Below the pieces are notes generated by a model, which ran no database searches, was not told the DNA's origin, and saw nothing but the letters and a program-made list of their open reading frames with translations. This document shows, in pieces, positions 28,678 to 38,564 of a stretch of DNA of 64,000 nucleotides. The position numbers were made by a program, and so were the translations under genes. Position 1 is the stretch's first letter. Each line of letters opens with the position of its first letter. Origin of the DNA: an uncultured Acidobacteriota bacterium (GTDB taxonomy: Bacteria; Acidobacteriota; Terriglobia; UBA7540); contig CAVXWN010000025.1 of the NCBI GenBank assembly GCA_963765485.1, forward strand, positions 9,273-73,272. Reading direction: 5' to 3'.

Positions 28678-30825
28678 ATGGACACGTTGAACTTATCTGA
28701 CAGATTCTGGAACCGTATCTCAAAGACTTTACCGCAGTATGGCGGCGGAGTTGGCCAGCCGTTTCGCCAGGGCACAACGTGGCGAGCTTACTTGCCCTGG
28801 GCAGGGAGCCTGCTTGCGAGAGGCCGCAAGAAATGGGTTTCCGCGCGCGAGAGCACTCGCGTTGCAACCGAAATACCAGTCACAATCAGCGGCATCGATG
28901 AGCGTGGCTCTATTTTTAGAGAAGAGACGCACACTATAGACGTTAGCAGGCGAGGAGCGAGAATCGCCACGTCAAATTTCCTGGCTGTGGGCACCTACCT
29001 CTGGATCGAGGGCCTCAACATGGAGAAGCCTACCGTTGCGCGGGTTGTCCGGCACGGCGAACAGAGGCACCCTGATTGCATATGGGAGACTTCTGTGGAA
29101 CTGCCCGAAGTCGATGGGCCACACAGCATTTGGGGCATCAATTCTCCACCGGACGACTGGAAAACTGGTGGAGGGGAGCCAACCGACGCAGCGCGGCTCG
29201 AGCGCATTTTAGCGCGCGATTGGGCAGCAAGGTTTGAGTCTCTGGCTGGTGTGGAGGCCCCGCCCACTGGATTTGCCGAAAGCCGAGAGTTTCGACCCGA
29301 AGGTGCGTCTATCCCTCTCGAGCTAAAGACTCCTCCCCCCTCGTCTGAAAAGCCGTCGCAAGAGCATCCCGCCTCCGTGAACGGCCAGCCAAAGAGGCAC
29401 GCTGAAGGGGCTCTGTCGGAACCTGGCCAGGTCCGCAAGGCGCCCACTTCTAACATTGAGGAACGCCTGACGCGAGTGTCGTTGGCTGTGGAAGCGCTGG
29501 AGGAGCGTTTGGAGGCGCTGGTAGAAGACTTGCAGGGGAGAGGCGCGAAGCAAGCCGACGATTTAGACAAGCTCGCGCACGAGCTAGGGGGGCGATGGAC
29601 GCAGCATTTTCAGGAGCAAGCCGAGGCCGCGGTGGCGAAGCTGCGGGAGGAACTGAAGAATTCAGGGCGGGCCAGGGAAGAGAGTAGGCGGCAGCTAGCC
29701 AGCCTGGCCGAGGCGAAAGTGGCGTCCCTCAGCCGAGCGACGCGAGAGGAAGAGGAATATGAGCAGCAACTGGCGCAAGCATTTCGGGAGTATGCGCAGG
29801 TCATGCACGAGGCAGCGGATGTGGAGGTGGAATCGATTAAGCGTGCCGCCGAACAGGCGATGGCGCAACTGCAGGTAGCTGAGCAGCAGAGGGAGACAAG
29901 TTTCATGGCTCGGGCTGGAGCCGCGGAGGAACGCCTGACGGCAGTGTCGTCCGCGGTGGAAGCGCTTGTGAAGGACTTCCCGGGGCAGATGGGGGATGGC
30001 CTGCAGGCTTTTCAGGAGAAAGGTGCGAAGCAGGCCGACGATTTAGACAAGCTCGCGCAGGAGTTAGGGGGGCGGTGGTCGCAGCAGTTTCAGGAGCAAG
30101 CCGAGGCCGCGGTAGCGAGGCTGCAACAAGAAGTGAAGAATTCAGGGCGGGTGGTGGAGGAGAGCAAGCGGCAGCTAGCCAATCTGGCCGAGGTGAAACT
30201 GGCAACCCTCAGCCAAGCTGCAGCTAACGCTGCAGCGGGTTTCGAAGCGGGGCAAAGACGGTTGAGGAATCAGTACGAGACCTCTCGAATAGAACTCGAG
30301 GAACTCTTAGCGAAACGTCCCACAAACGTGTCACTCCCATCCGTTCACTGTGCACCTCCCCCAAAGCGGCGAAGTATAGTTGCGAAGCTAGCTCTGGTGG
30401 CAGGGCTTTTTCTGGTAATAGTGGCCTCTCGTTTGGGTGTGTCTCTTTCGAAAGTTCCCGTGATGCAACTGCGGCCTGAGGCTCCCGCTGACTTCATCGA
30501 TCAAAGCCCAAACTGGAGTGCCAAGCGACGCGTCCGGGAGATAGAGCTGGCACAGGCGTATTGGCGGGAAGCGGCGGCGGGCTTGCAGGAGAGGTATCCG
30601 TTTGGCAGCGAACTGCCAGCCGAGCCCCCCGTGGAATTTCAAATCGAGACGAAGTATATCCCGGCGGGCAGTGCGAAGGCCTTTTCCGAAGCAAGGGCTC
30701 ACTATTGGGAAAAACTTCGCAGAAGTTGGGTGCAACGCGAGTCCTGGGTAGAACGCGATGACGGGAACATGCAGTGGACGGACCGCCTTCGGCACATCTG
30801 GGACCAGTTGCATTCACATAAGTAA
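28678..30825 (+). CDS. PilZ-domain protein with long duplicated coiled-coil region, one TM helix and a C-terminal domain (start codon uncertain)
   Basis: The PilZ motifs are RESTR (RxxxR), about 30 residues, then DVSRRG (DxSxxG). Two ~95-aa repeats and the TM segment IVAKLALVAGLFLVIVASRLGV follow. The first ~55 residues of the track ORF look non-protein-like. Confidence 0.7.
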   Translation: MDTLNLSDRFWNRISKTLPQYGGGVGQPFRQGTTWRAYLPWAGSLLARGRKKWVSARESTRVATEIPVTISGIDERGSIFREETHTIDVSRRGARIATSNFLAVGTYLWIEGLNMEKPTVARVVRHGEQRHPDCIWETSVELPEVDGPHSIWGINSPPDDWKTGGGEPTDAARLERILARDWAARFESLAGVEAPPTGFAESREFRPEGASIPLELKTPPPSSEKPSQEHPASVNGQPKRHAEGALSEPGQVRKAPTSNIEERLTRVSLAVEALEERLEALVEDLQGRGAKQADDLDKLAHELGGRWTQHFQEQAEAAVAKLREELKNSGRAREESRRQLASLAEAKVASLSRATREEEEYEQQLAQAFREYAQVMHEAADVEVESIKRAAEQAMAQLQVAEQQRETSFMARAGAAEERLTAVSSAVEALVKDFPGQMGDGLQAFQEKGAKQADDLDKLAQELGGRWSQQFQEQAEAAVARLQQEVKNSGRVVEESKRQLANLAEVKLATLSQAAANAAAGFEAGQRRLRNQYETSRIELEELLAKRPTNVSLPSVHCAPPPKRRSIVAKLALVAGLFLVIVASRLGVSLSKVPVMQLRPEAPADFIDQSPNWSAKRRVREIELAQAYWREAAAGLQERYPFGSELPAEPPVEFQIETKYIPAGSAKAFSEARAHYWEKLRRSWVQRESWVERDDGNMQWTDRLRHIWDQLHSHK
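29458..30219 (+). repeat. intragenic tandem duplication (two ~285-nt copies separated by ~186 nt)
   Basis: Copy 1 (29458-29739) and copy 2 (29926-30219) share long identical runs. Examples are gaggaacgcctgacg, gccgacgatttagacaagctcgcgca, tttcaggagcaagccgaggccgcggt, gaagaattcagggcggg and cggcagctagcca. Confidence 0.85.
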
Positions 30826-30928
30826 ATCTCGAAAGGGGGAGGCGCCAACGCTCCGTGAGGTCTTAGAACGGGAGTCCGGCTTGGCGGACGTAGTATCGCA
30901 GCGGCTATTGCCCCCCCCAGGTTGACCG

Positions 30929-32398
30929 TCACGCAGCGGCGAGGATCCTCAGAAGGCGCACCATTGCTAGCGTGTCCTGACGGCAATAAGTTAGCAAGTC
31001 TTGCTTGGCTTTCTTCCTTTCATCTTCGGAAAGCAGGCCGTGAATCATAGCGTCCCAAACCACGCCGGCTTGTTCTCCGTCTGAAACCCCCATGCCCTCG
31101 TAGGTCATCTCCGGCACCAATGCCGGAAGGACATTTTTCAGCGAGAATGAACCCTGATAGTCAATATGGTAAGTATGCGATCTGATCACAGGCCATAAGT
31201 CCCACAGCCTTTCCTGCAAGCCGTTGACTGCCGGCTTGTACTCGGGGAAATAACCGGCGAGGCTCGCCAGCACCCTTGATTCAAAGTTCTGGTTGTAGAC
31301 AATGATGTGCCCGGTGGTCCCAAGCACTCGGAGGAGGCTGGTCAGGAAAGCCAATCTCGGATCGCTTGTATCTTCCGCCAGGTACTCGTAGTGCTCCGGA
31401 TCGCTCCCCGGATTCCGCTGAACATGGACCGACCATTGGAAAGGAATCTGACCAAAGGGGCTCATCCCGGCGAAGCGCGGGATAGCCGGTCCCAGGGTCT
31501 CGAAGTCCATGAAGTAGATGGGATATTCCAGCTCTTTCACTGCCTTCCCGAGTTCTTTGCCGAACCACGCCTTGCCGCTCACCGCAGACGCAAAGGCATG
31601 TTGTTGTGCTTCCGTCAGGGGAAACCCTGCTGGGATGTCGCGGATCGATGTCACGCCGAGGTCCGTCAACTTCTCGAGCTTGGATTCTGACAGGCGCGGC
31701 AAGCACGATACGTGGTCCGCCGGCACGGGCTTGTTGCACAGGTCGAAGAACTCGCATCGAAAAGGTTCGTTACACTGTGGCCCTGGCTCAATTTCCGGCG
31801 CCGTTTCCTCGGAAAGCATCCGTAGTTGTGCGCGAACCTCTGCCGGTACGTCCTTGATAAGGGCGTCAGTTTCAGTGGTAACCTCCGCCATTTTGAACAG
31901 CTTGCTGAGGTCATAGCCCCGACCGTCATAGAGGTACTCACGATTCAAAAGCATTATGCAGGGAACTATCTCGAGCCGAAGCCCCTCCAGAACAAATCGC
32001 TGAATGGCGACGTCCGGCAGGTAGTAATCCTTCATAGAGGCGGAAGACTTCACTTCGATCAGCCTCCACCGTTGGCGGTTCCCCATTCGCTGGAGAACAT
32101 CCACCCGGACGAAGACATTCTGATGGTCAAACGTTGCCTGAAAAATGGCCGGCACGTTGCTGTCCTCCACCAGCCTGGAGGTTTGCGTAAGCGCCTTCGC
32201 CATTTCCGTAGGTTCCGCCTCAACCAGCACGCCCGCCTGGAACATCGTTCGCGCGAACCGCCCCACTTCGATTCCTTGGTCGAATCTTGCCTGTGCGCTT
32301 TCATCTGGCGGGGCGGCGAGTTCGGGCTGGTGAACCCCCAGGTAGAGCCGTTTGTGGCACTGCAATCCGGCGGTGAATCGTGACTTTGAGAGCCTCAT
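30929..32398 (-). CDS. DUF2779-type protein (predicted PD-(D/E)xK/Cas4-like nuclease N-half with Cys cluster)
   Basis: ATG 32398 gives MRLSKSRFTAGLQCHKRLYLGVHQPE, the characteristic DUF2779-family N-terminus. Other features are IEVKSS and a C-x5-C-x5-C cluster (CNEPFRCEFFDLC). Confidence 0.7.
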   Translation of the reverse strand: MRLSKSRFTAGLQCHKRLYLGVHQPELAAPPDESAQARFDQGIEVGRFARTMFQAGVLVEAEPTEMAKALTQTSRLVEDSNVPAIFQATFDHQNVFVRVDVLQRMGNRQRWRLIEVKSSASMKDYYLPDVAIQRFVLEGLRLEIVPCIMLLNREYLYDGRGYDLSKLFKMAEVTTETDALIKDVPAEVRAQLRMLSEETAPEIEPGPQCNEPFRCEFFDLCNKPVPADHVSCLPRLSESKLEKLTDLGVTSIRDIPAGFPLTEAQQHAFASAVSGKAWFGKELGKAVKELEYPIYFMDFETLGPAIPRFAGMSPFGQIPFQWSVHVQRNPGSDPEHYEYLAEDTSDPRLAFLTSLLRVLGTTGHIIVYNQNFESRVLASLAGYFPEYKPAVNGLQERLWDLWPVIRSHTYHIDYQGSFSLKNVLPALVPEMTYEGMGVSDGEQAGVVWDAMIHGLLSEDERKKAKQDLLTYCRQDTLAMVRLLRILAAA

Positions 32399-32442
32399 TT
32401 CAGTGTCCCTGAGTGTCATTCCGGCGTGTTAGATGGTATGTT

Positions 32443-32486
32443 GTAGGCGGTAGGTGGGCGAGCGTTATTCCGTACCTACCGCCTAC
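32443..32486. repeat. perfect 13-bp inverted repeat in the divergent intergenic region
   Basis: GTAGGCGGTAGGT (32443-32455) and ACCTACCGCCTAC (32474-32486) are separated by an 18-nt loop. The repeat lies 45 nt upstream of the DUF2779 start, and a GTCATTCCGG core lies at 32415. Confidence 0.6.
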
Positions 32487-32763
32487 CACCTGGCACGTAC
32501 GGCCTAGGATCATACACCCAAGTTGTGTCAGGGATGGTCACGTGGACAGCACGGACAAAATGCACGTCTTCATGTCTGGGTCTGCATCCCGATCGAAAGA
32601 TCTCCGCGGCACAACAAGGCCCTTGAAACTAGTGCTGCAAGTTCAAACCAGCATCGCTCAACGGAGTAGTTGTCAATCAACGCGCTCGGGCGCCCTCAGC
32701 ACTTGACAAGACCCGCGGCAGTGCCAGAGTTTCACGATTGGGTAGGAAGAGGTCGAAAAGCGG

Positions 32764-34226
32764 ATGGGGGGGTCATCAATGGGTAAATTGAATCGTCGAC
32801 AGTTCTTGAACGCGGGCGTACCGGTCACGCTGGGCCTTGGAAATACCAAGTTCTATCGTGGCTTGTCTGGCCTGTACGGCCTTCCTGGCGGCGCCGACAG
32901 CCCGATGGCGCCTTCGAAGGCTGACGTGCAGTTCGACAATTTGATTTCCAACGGCGATTTTAGGCACGGAACTATTGGTTCACTGCCGGACAACTGGTCT
33001 ATTGTTTCTGGGAACCCGGCGCTCAAGCCCTCTTTCAAGTTGGTTGCCGGGCAAGACGCAAAACGCGAACTGATGGCCGAGGGCAACTGGCCGCCAGGAA
33101 TGTTACGGCTATGTTCGCCACCCTGTCCGGATTGTCGGCGGCAGGACTTATCGCTTGCGGGTGCGGTTCCGCTGCTCTGGTTTAGAAGACATTAACCGCA
33201 ACCTCGTGCATGGCGTTTTTACGGACAAATTTAACGATGGAATATTCCGCTACCGGAAAGAAGCGGACTCGATTATTGGCGAAGGAGATTTCCCGGGCCC
33301 GCCCGAAGACCAGGTCGGCGAGATTCGCCTATGTTTCCGTTACAGCGCGACCGGTAAAGTATGGTGGGAGCAGGTTTCACTTGAGGAGTGCAAGCCGATC
33401 GCGCCGCTGGCCGGTCACAGTGGCTGTTAGTTGGGGTACAGGAGACCTCCAGCACTGGGAGCGGTGGCTCGATGCTGCCGGGGCAAAGGGCGCCGACATT
33501 GCACTGTTGCCGGAGATATTCAATGGCATCGCGGAGCCTATGAAAGCAGAGCCTGAGGATGGCCCTTCCCGAAGGCTTATGGCGGAAAAGGCCCGCCAGT
33601 GGAAAATGCATGTGAGTGGTTCGACCTACGTTTGGCGCGGCGATCTGGTCTTCAATACCGCCCCGCTGTTCGACCGCGAAGGTAAACTCATCGGGATTTA
33701 CGATAAGAACATGGTGTATGAGCCGGAGCTTGATCTCGGCGCGACTCCCGGGCGCGGATTCCCGGTCTTTCAAACAGATATAGGCAGGATTGGAATTATT
33801 ATTTGTTACGATAGCTGGTTTCCAGAGACCGTGCGGCTGCTGGCTCTCAAAGGTGCGGAACTGATCCTGTTCCCCAACGCCGGGTACTATGCTGAACTCA
33901 TGCACGCTCGCTCAGCCGACAATGACGTCTTCATCGCTGCCAGTAGCTTGAACAACCCCGCTGGCGTGTGGGATTCAGCCGGCCATCAGGCGGGCGAGGA
34001 CAGGCCCGATCCCACATGTGCTGCAGCGAGCGGCATCCTCAGCTATCAGATGGATCAAACCACCCGGTTGTTTTTGGTAACTGTGGACCTTGCAATGAAA
34101 ACGTCTCCGCAGAATTGGGGTGGGCCGATGCGCTCCGCCCCGGGCGGTCGCCGCTGCCGAGAAACCTGTATGGTTCCACTCGAAGGAGGCATCGCCCAGG
34201 AGGCGCGGCGCTGGTTCGAGGTCTAG
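32764..34226 (+). pseudogene. Tat-signal protein with an N-terminal beta-sandwich-like domain plus a carbon-nitrogen hydrolase (nitrilase-superfamily) domain; two +1 shifts as sequenced
   Basis: KLNRRQFLNAG is a Tat motif. The frame changes near 33088 (..MAEGN|GRQECYGYVRHPVRIVGGRTYRLRVRF..) and near 33407-33410 (..ECKPIAP|PVTVAVSWGTG..). The CN-hydrolase triad contexts are LLPEIF (Glu), YDKNMVYEP (Lys) and IIICYDSWFPE (Cys). Confidence 0.75.
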
Positions 34227-34443
34227 AAACTCGGCACGCGAAGCGGGCATTTTGATTTACGCGTCTAGTTCATTGATGTATCTATAGCCTCCGCAGCCGT
34301 GAGGTCCGGTTTGGTTCAACTCCCATAATTACCTTGTTGATTGTCCGGTTTGTTTTGGGCCCACTTCGGCCTGTTTTCTCGCCGGGTGTGGGGGTCTAGC
34401 GGGGTGCCGAATCCGGGGCATCTGAAATCGGGGTGACACGACG

Positions 34444-35949
34444 ATGAAACGCAGACATTTTCTGACGAAATCATTGGCGACCAGCTCTCTGGTCTGTGGA
34501 CTGGGTGGCGGAGCAATTCCTTCGCTCAGCCAAACCGCGGGCAGGTTTTTGCCGAACCGCCCGACGGCGAAAGTCGCTTCCACGAAACTGAACAAAGCTT
34601 TGGACAGGGAGGCCATGCAGCGGGGATGGGCGACCAGTGTGGATCCCAGCTATCATCATGCGCCGCAAGCGGCGATTGAGGCATTTAAGGATCGGAAGTT
34701 CGGCATAAGAATTCACTGGGGGCTTTACTGCCTTATTGGAAGCGACGCTTCCTGGGCCTTAGCAGGAGCCAACAGGCAGTTTTGGGATATGTACAATGTG
34801 TTATATCAGTTTTTCAACCCTACGGATTTTGACGCTGACGCGTGGATGGACTTGTTCCAGCGAGGAGGGTTGAAGTATTTCACGTTCACCACCAAGCACC
34901 ATGACGGCTTTTCTTTGTGGCCGACAAAAACCACTCAGGAATCCATCCAATTGACCCCCAAGGGTTTTGGCGCTGGTGGCGTCGAGCACTACGAGAAGGT
35001 GGTTCAAAACTACAGCATCATGGATGGGCCGTATAGGAAAGACATCGTGGGGAGCCTCGTCGAAGCAGGCAGGAAAAGGGGCTTAGGAGTCGGCCTCTAT
35101 TACTCGCATGTCGACTGGCACGATCCGGCCTTTGCCTGGGATCCATTTAACCTGTACTACGATCCGCATTTCACGAAGCAGTCTGATCCCAAGCGCTGGC
35201 AGACTTTCATCGATCACGAGCGCGAGCAAGTGCGCGAGTTGATGACGAATTACGGCAAGATCGATTACCTCGACTTTGACATCGGCTGGCCGGAGGCGGC
35301 TGCTCAAGACATCGCGGAAATCACCATGATGGTCAGAAAACTACAACCCGACGTCATTATCAGAGGTCGAGGCATCGGAGCCTACGGGGATTATTACACC
35401 CCGGAGCGGGAAGTGCCCGAGGGTCCCTCTCAAGGTGTTTGGAAAGTCATTTATCCCTGCGGGCAAGCCTTTTCTTACCGGCCCAACGACATTTACAAAC
35501 CGGCGGAATGGATTCTCGAGAACCTCATCGGGATTACTGCGAAGGGTGGCAACTTTGAGGTTGGCTTCGGCCCGATGCCCAACGGGCGGTGGCCTTCCGA
35601 AACTGTGGAACGGCTAGAGTACGTTGGAAACTGGCTCCGCGTGAACGGCGAGGCGATTTACAATACCCGGCCACGCAAGGTTTTTCGCGAAGGGACGGAC
35701 GTGTGGTTCACGAGCAGCAAGGCCGGCAATCTTGTGTACGCAATCAGCATCGGGTGGCCAGGCGAAAAGTTCACCATCAACTCCGTGCGCGCCGTGCAGG
35801 GGTCAAAGGTGTTCATGCTGGGAGTTGAGAAGCCGTTGAACTGGCAGCAAGAAGGCGGAGCCCTGGTTATTGAGATCCCTCAATCCGTCGCCGAGAATAA
35901 GCCTTGCCAGCAAGCCTATGTGTTTAAGATTCGAGCGGAGTCTGAATGA
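34444..35949 (+). CDS. alpha-L-fucosidase, GH29, Tat signal
   Basis: The N-terminus is MKRRHFLTKSLATSSL. Motifs include FGIRIHWGLYC, FTTKHHDGFSLWPTK and YYSHVDWHD. Confidence 0.85.
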   Translation: MKRRHFLTKSLATSSLVCGLGGGAIPSLSQTAGRFLPNRPTAKVASTKLNKALDREAMQRGWATSVDPSYHHAPQAAIEAFKDRKFGIRIHWGLYCLIGSDASWALAGANRQFWDMYNVLYQFFNPTDFDADAWMDLFQRGGLKYFTFTTKHHDGFSLWPTKTTQESIQLTPKGFGAGGVEHYEKVVQNYSIMDGPYRKDIVGSLVEAGRKRGLGVGLYYSHVDWHDPAFAWDPFNLYYDPHFTKQSDPKRWQTFIDHEREQVRELMTNYGKIDYLDFDIGWPEAAAQDIAEITMMVRKLQPDVIIRGRGIGAYGDYYTPEREVPEGPSQGVWKVIYPCGQAFSYRPNDIYKPAEWILENLIGITAKGGNFEVGFGPMPNGRWPSETVERLEYVGNWLRVNGEAIYNTRPRKVFREGTDVWFTSSKAGNLVYAISIGWPGEKFTINSVRAVQGSKVFMLGVEKPLNWQQEGGALVIEIPQSVAENKPCQQAYVFKIRAESE

Positions 35950-35986
35950 CACACTTTTAATCTACTTCGATAAGGAGACTCCACAC

Positions 35987-37158
35987 ATGCACTCTGATGA
36001 TGAGTTTTTGCCTCAACGCCGGAAGTTCATTTCGTCACCACTCACACTGGGCCTGGCCTCGGCGGGGGTCCTCGGTTTGGCCTCGGCCCGCGCTGATGTG
36101 GACCCATCCTCCACAGAAAGCGGACTCGCTTACCCGGCAGAGCTCTCGCTGGCCTTGCTGCGTGACTACCAAACGGCCAAGGCCTCGAGCTATGACCGCA
36201 CAGGAGGAAATGCCGATGCATTACAGAATCGAACCGGGCGCCACGCAGCTCTTGATGGATGCCCAAGGCCCCGGGATGGTCAGCCACATCTGGTTCACCA
36301 TTTCCGCCCCCGATCCGCAGCACTTGAAGAAGCTGATCCTGCGCATGTACTGGGATGGAGAATCCGAGCCTAGCGTCGAGACCCCGGTGGGCGATTTCTT
36401 TGGATTAAACCTGGGCGAGTATTTTATGTATCAATCCGCACTGCTCACCGTGGCCGCGGTCAAGGCGTTGAATGCATACTTCCCGATGCCCTTTGGCAAG
36501 TCGGCGCGCATCACGGTGACCAACGAATGCGAAAAGCCGGTAGACGCGTATTATTGCGAACATCGATTACCAAATCTTGCCAGGCTTGCCGGAGAACATC
36601 GGCTACTTCCACGCGCAATATCGCCAGGCGGCGCCCTGCCCAGGCTGGTCAACGGCGGTCGAGAAGAACCTGAATGGGAAGAACAACTACGTGTTCCTGG
36701 AAGCCACGGGGCGCGGGCACTTTGTGGGAGTCACCCAGGGCATCGTTTTGAACCAGGATGGCTGGTGGGGCGAAGGCGACGACATGTTGTTCGTGGACGG
36801 AAGCGAAATGCCCATCACCAATGGAACCGGCTCGGAAGACTATTACAACGGCGCTTGGGGCTTCGAGGGCAAGCAGTTCGACTACCAGCACGTTGGTGTT
36901 CCCCACGTCGCGAACCCCTGGGCGATCGGGGGTACATGGTGCGTGTACCGCTGGCACATCGACAGCCCCCTCAATTTCCGCAAGTCCATCCGCATGACGA
37001 TCGAGCATGGAAACGGCAACGATCGGTCAGACAACTTCTATTCCGTCGCCTATTGGTATCAGACCGAGCCGCACGCGAAGTTCCCCGCGTTGCCCCCCGT
37101 GGCGGACCGCCTGCCGCGCGTCTTCGCGGTTCCTAAGGGTGCAGCGCCGGTCAAGTAG
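35987..37158 (+). pseudogene. DUF2961-family protein (family placed in CAZy GH172, to my knowledge), Tat signal; two +1 shifts as sequenced
   Basis: ATG 35987 follows AAGGAG, and PQRRKFISSPLTLG is a Tat motif. Shifts lie at about 36218 (SSYDRTGGNAD|HYRIEPGATQLLMDAQGPGMVSHIWFT) and about 36558 (VDAYYC|NIDYQILPGLPENIGYFHAQYRQ). The C-terminal half contains WWGEGDDMLFVDG and GTGSEDYYNGAWGF. Confidence 0.8.
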
Positions 37159-37281
37159 GCAGGAGCGGGATAACAGAAGGCAGCCTCAGACGTCGTCTCG
37201 AACGACTACAGTCTGCGAAGCAGGAACTGGAGAGCATGAAGGCGGGTCACAAAGAGTCTGGCGTGAAAACTCGGTTGGCGT

Positions 37282-37369
37282 GTCATTCCGAGGGGCCGCA
37301 GGCGACGAGGAATCTCCGCATTGCGTTGAAAATACTCAGAGCGAGATTCCTCGCTCTGCTCCGAATGAC
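37282..37369. repeat. 88-nt REP/MITE-like nested palindrome
   Basis: GTCATTCCGAGG...CGACGAGGAATCT is followed by a 29-nt loop and then AGATTCCTCGCT..CTCCGAATGAC. The outer and inner arms are each complementary. It shares the 12-mer GTCATTCCGAGG with 23355-23366. Confidence 0.7.
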
Positions 37370-37457
37370 AAGGTGGATGGAGTTTTCACACAGACTCACA
37401 AGCCCCGTTCTCGTTATAAGTCTGTGACAGTTACGTTAGAGTGGGAACCTTTGCTCT

Positions 37458-38157
37458 TCACTGTGCCGGATGCAGAGCGAAATCCAGTGCCTTCCCGGCG
37501 TGCAGCAGTGCCGTGTTGAAGAGGGGTAAGTCACAGTGTTGCGGTTGCACCAGCAGCGGTATCTCCGTGCATCCGAGGACAATCCCCTCTGCGCCCCGGT
37601 CGCGCAGACGTTCGATGATATCCAGAAACAGCCGCCGGGAGCTGGGCCGGATCTCGCCCCGGCACAATTCCTCATAGATCACTTCGTTCATCCGTTGCTG
37701 ATCGCCGGGTTCTGGAACGAGCACCGTGATTCCCGACTCGCTCCAGCCCATCGCGGAAGAATCGCTCACTCATGGTGAAAATTGTCCCCAGCAAGCCTAC
37801 GGACCGAAGCCCTGCTGCGAGAATGCATTCCGCCGTGGCTTGCACGATGCTCAGTAGGGGCATGTGTACAGCTCGTTGCACTTCCTCGAATACAATGTGC
37901 ATCGTGTTGGTCGCGATGAGGCCGAAATCGGCGCCCGCCACATGCAACCGCTCGAGCGCCTCGGCCATTTCCCGTGCAGCCTCATGCCATTGCCCCTTGT
38001 GCTGCCAGTCCACAAACTTTTGAAAGTTCACGCTATAGATCAGAATCTCCGGGTATCCGTAGTCGCCAAACCGCGCCGTGTAAGTCCTGGTGATGTGCTC
38101 ATAGTAGAGCGCGGTGGATTCCGGGCTCATGCCGCCAAGTATGCCTATCTTCTTCAT
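37458..38157 (-). pseudogene. aspartate/glutamate racemase-family protein; one +1 shift as sequenced
   Basis: Motifs are MKKIGILGGMSPEST, ATNTMH and GIVLGCTEIPLL. The frames join at about 37737 (..FFRDGLER|SGITVLVPEPGDQQ..). Confidence 0.8.
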
Positions 38158-38336
38158 CTCGCCTCCAGGATCAGCGCGGCAACCCGTATCCCTGATAGCA
38201 ACATGCCTCCAGGCATTCGGCGCGCCAAAGGTTTCAGTGCTTGCTGCCGGAGAACTCGTTTCCCCACTGACAACTGACTACTGACCCCTGACAGCTACGC
38301 TCAGATTGAGATGATTGCACGTTGCGGCGCGTGCGC

Positions 38337-38564
38337 TCAGCCTTCCACCCGGATACGCTTCAGTTCCGCTTCAGACCGACCGTCCTTACGAAGCCATTCA
38401 ATGGTCTCGTCGAGAACAGCCCGCATTGCTTCCAAAACCTCAACGGCGGCGTTGCGCAGGTGTTTGGTCGATCGTGTGCGCGGTGGTTTAAGTCTGCGCA
38501 GAAGCGGCGCCAGTTCCCGGAACATCCACACGGCGCATGGCGGAATCCGCGCTTTCCGGCTCAC
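38337..38564 (-). CDS. small hypothetical protein translationally coupled to the ArsA-like gene
   Basis: 75 aa. Its start overlaps the upstream stop by 4 nt. The C-terminal half is helical and basic (AAVEVLEAMRAVLDETIEWLRKDGRSEAELKRI). No family was recognised. Confidence 0.45.
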   Translation of the reverse strand: MSRKARIPPCAVWMFRELAPLLRRLKPPRTRSTKHLRNAAVEVLEAMRAVLDETIEWLRKDGRSEAELKRIRVEG

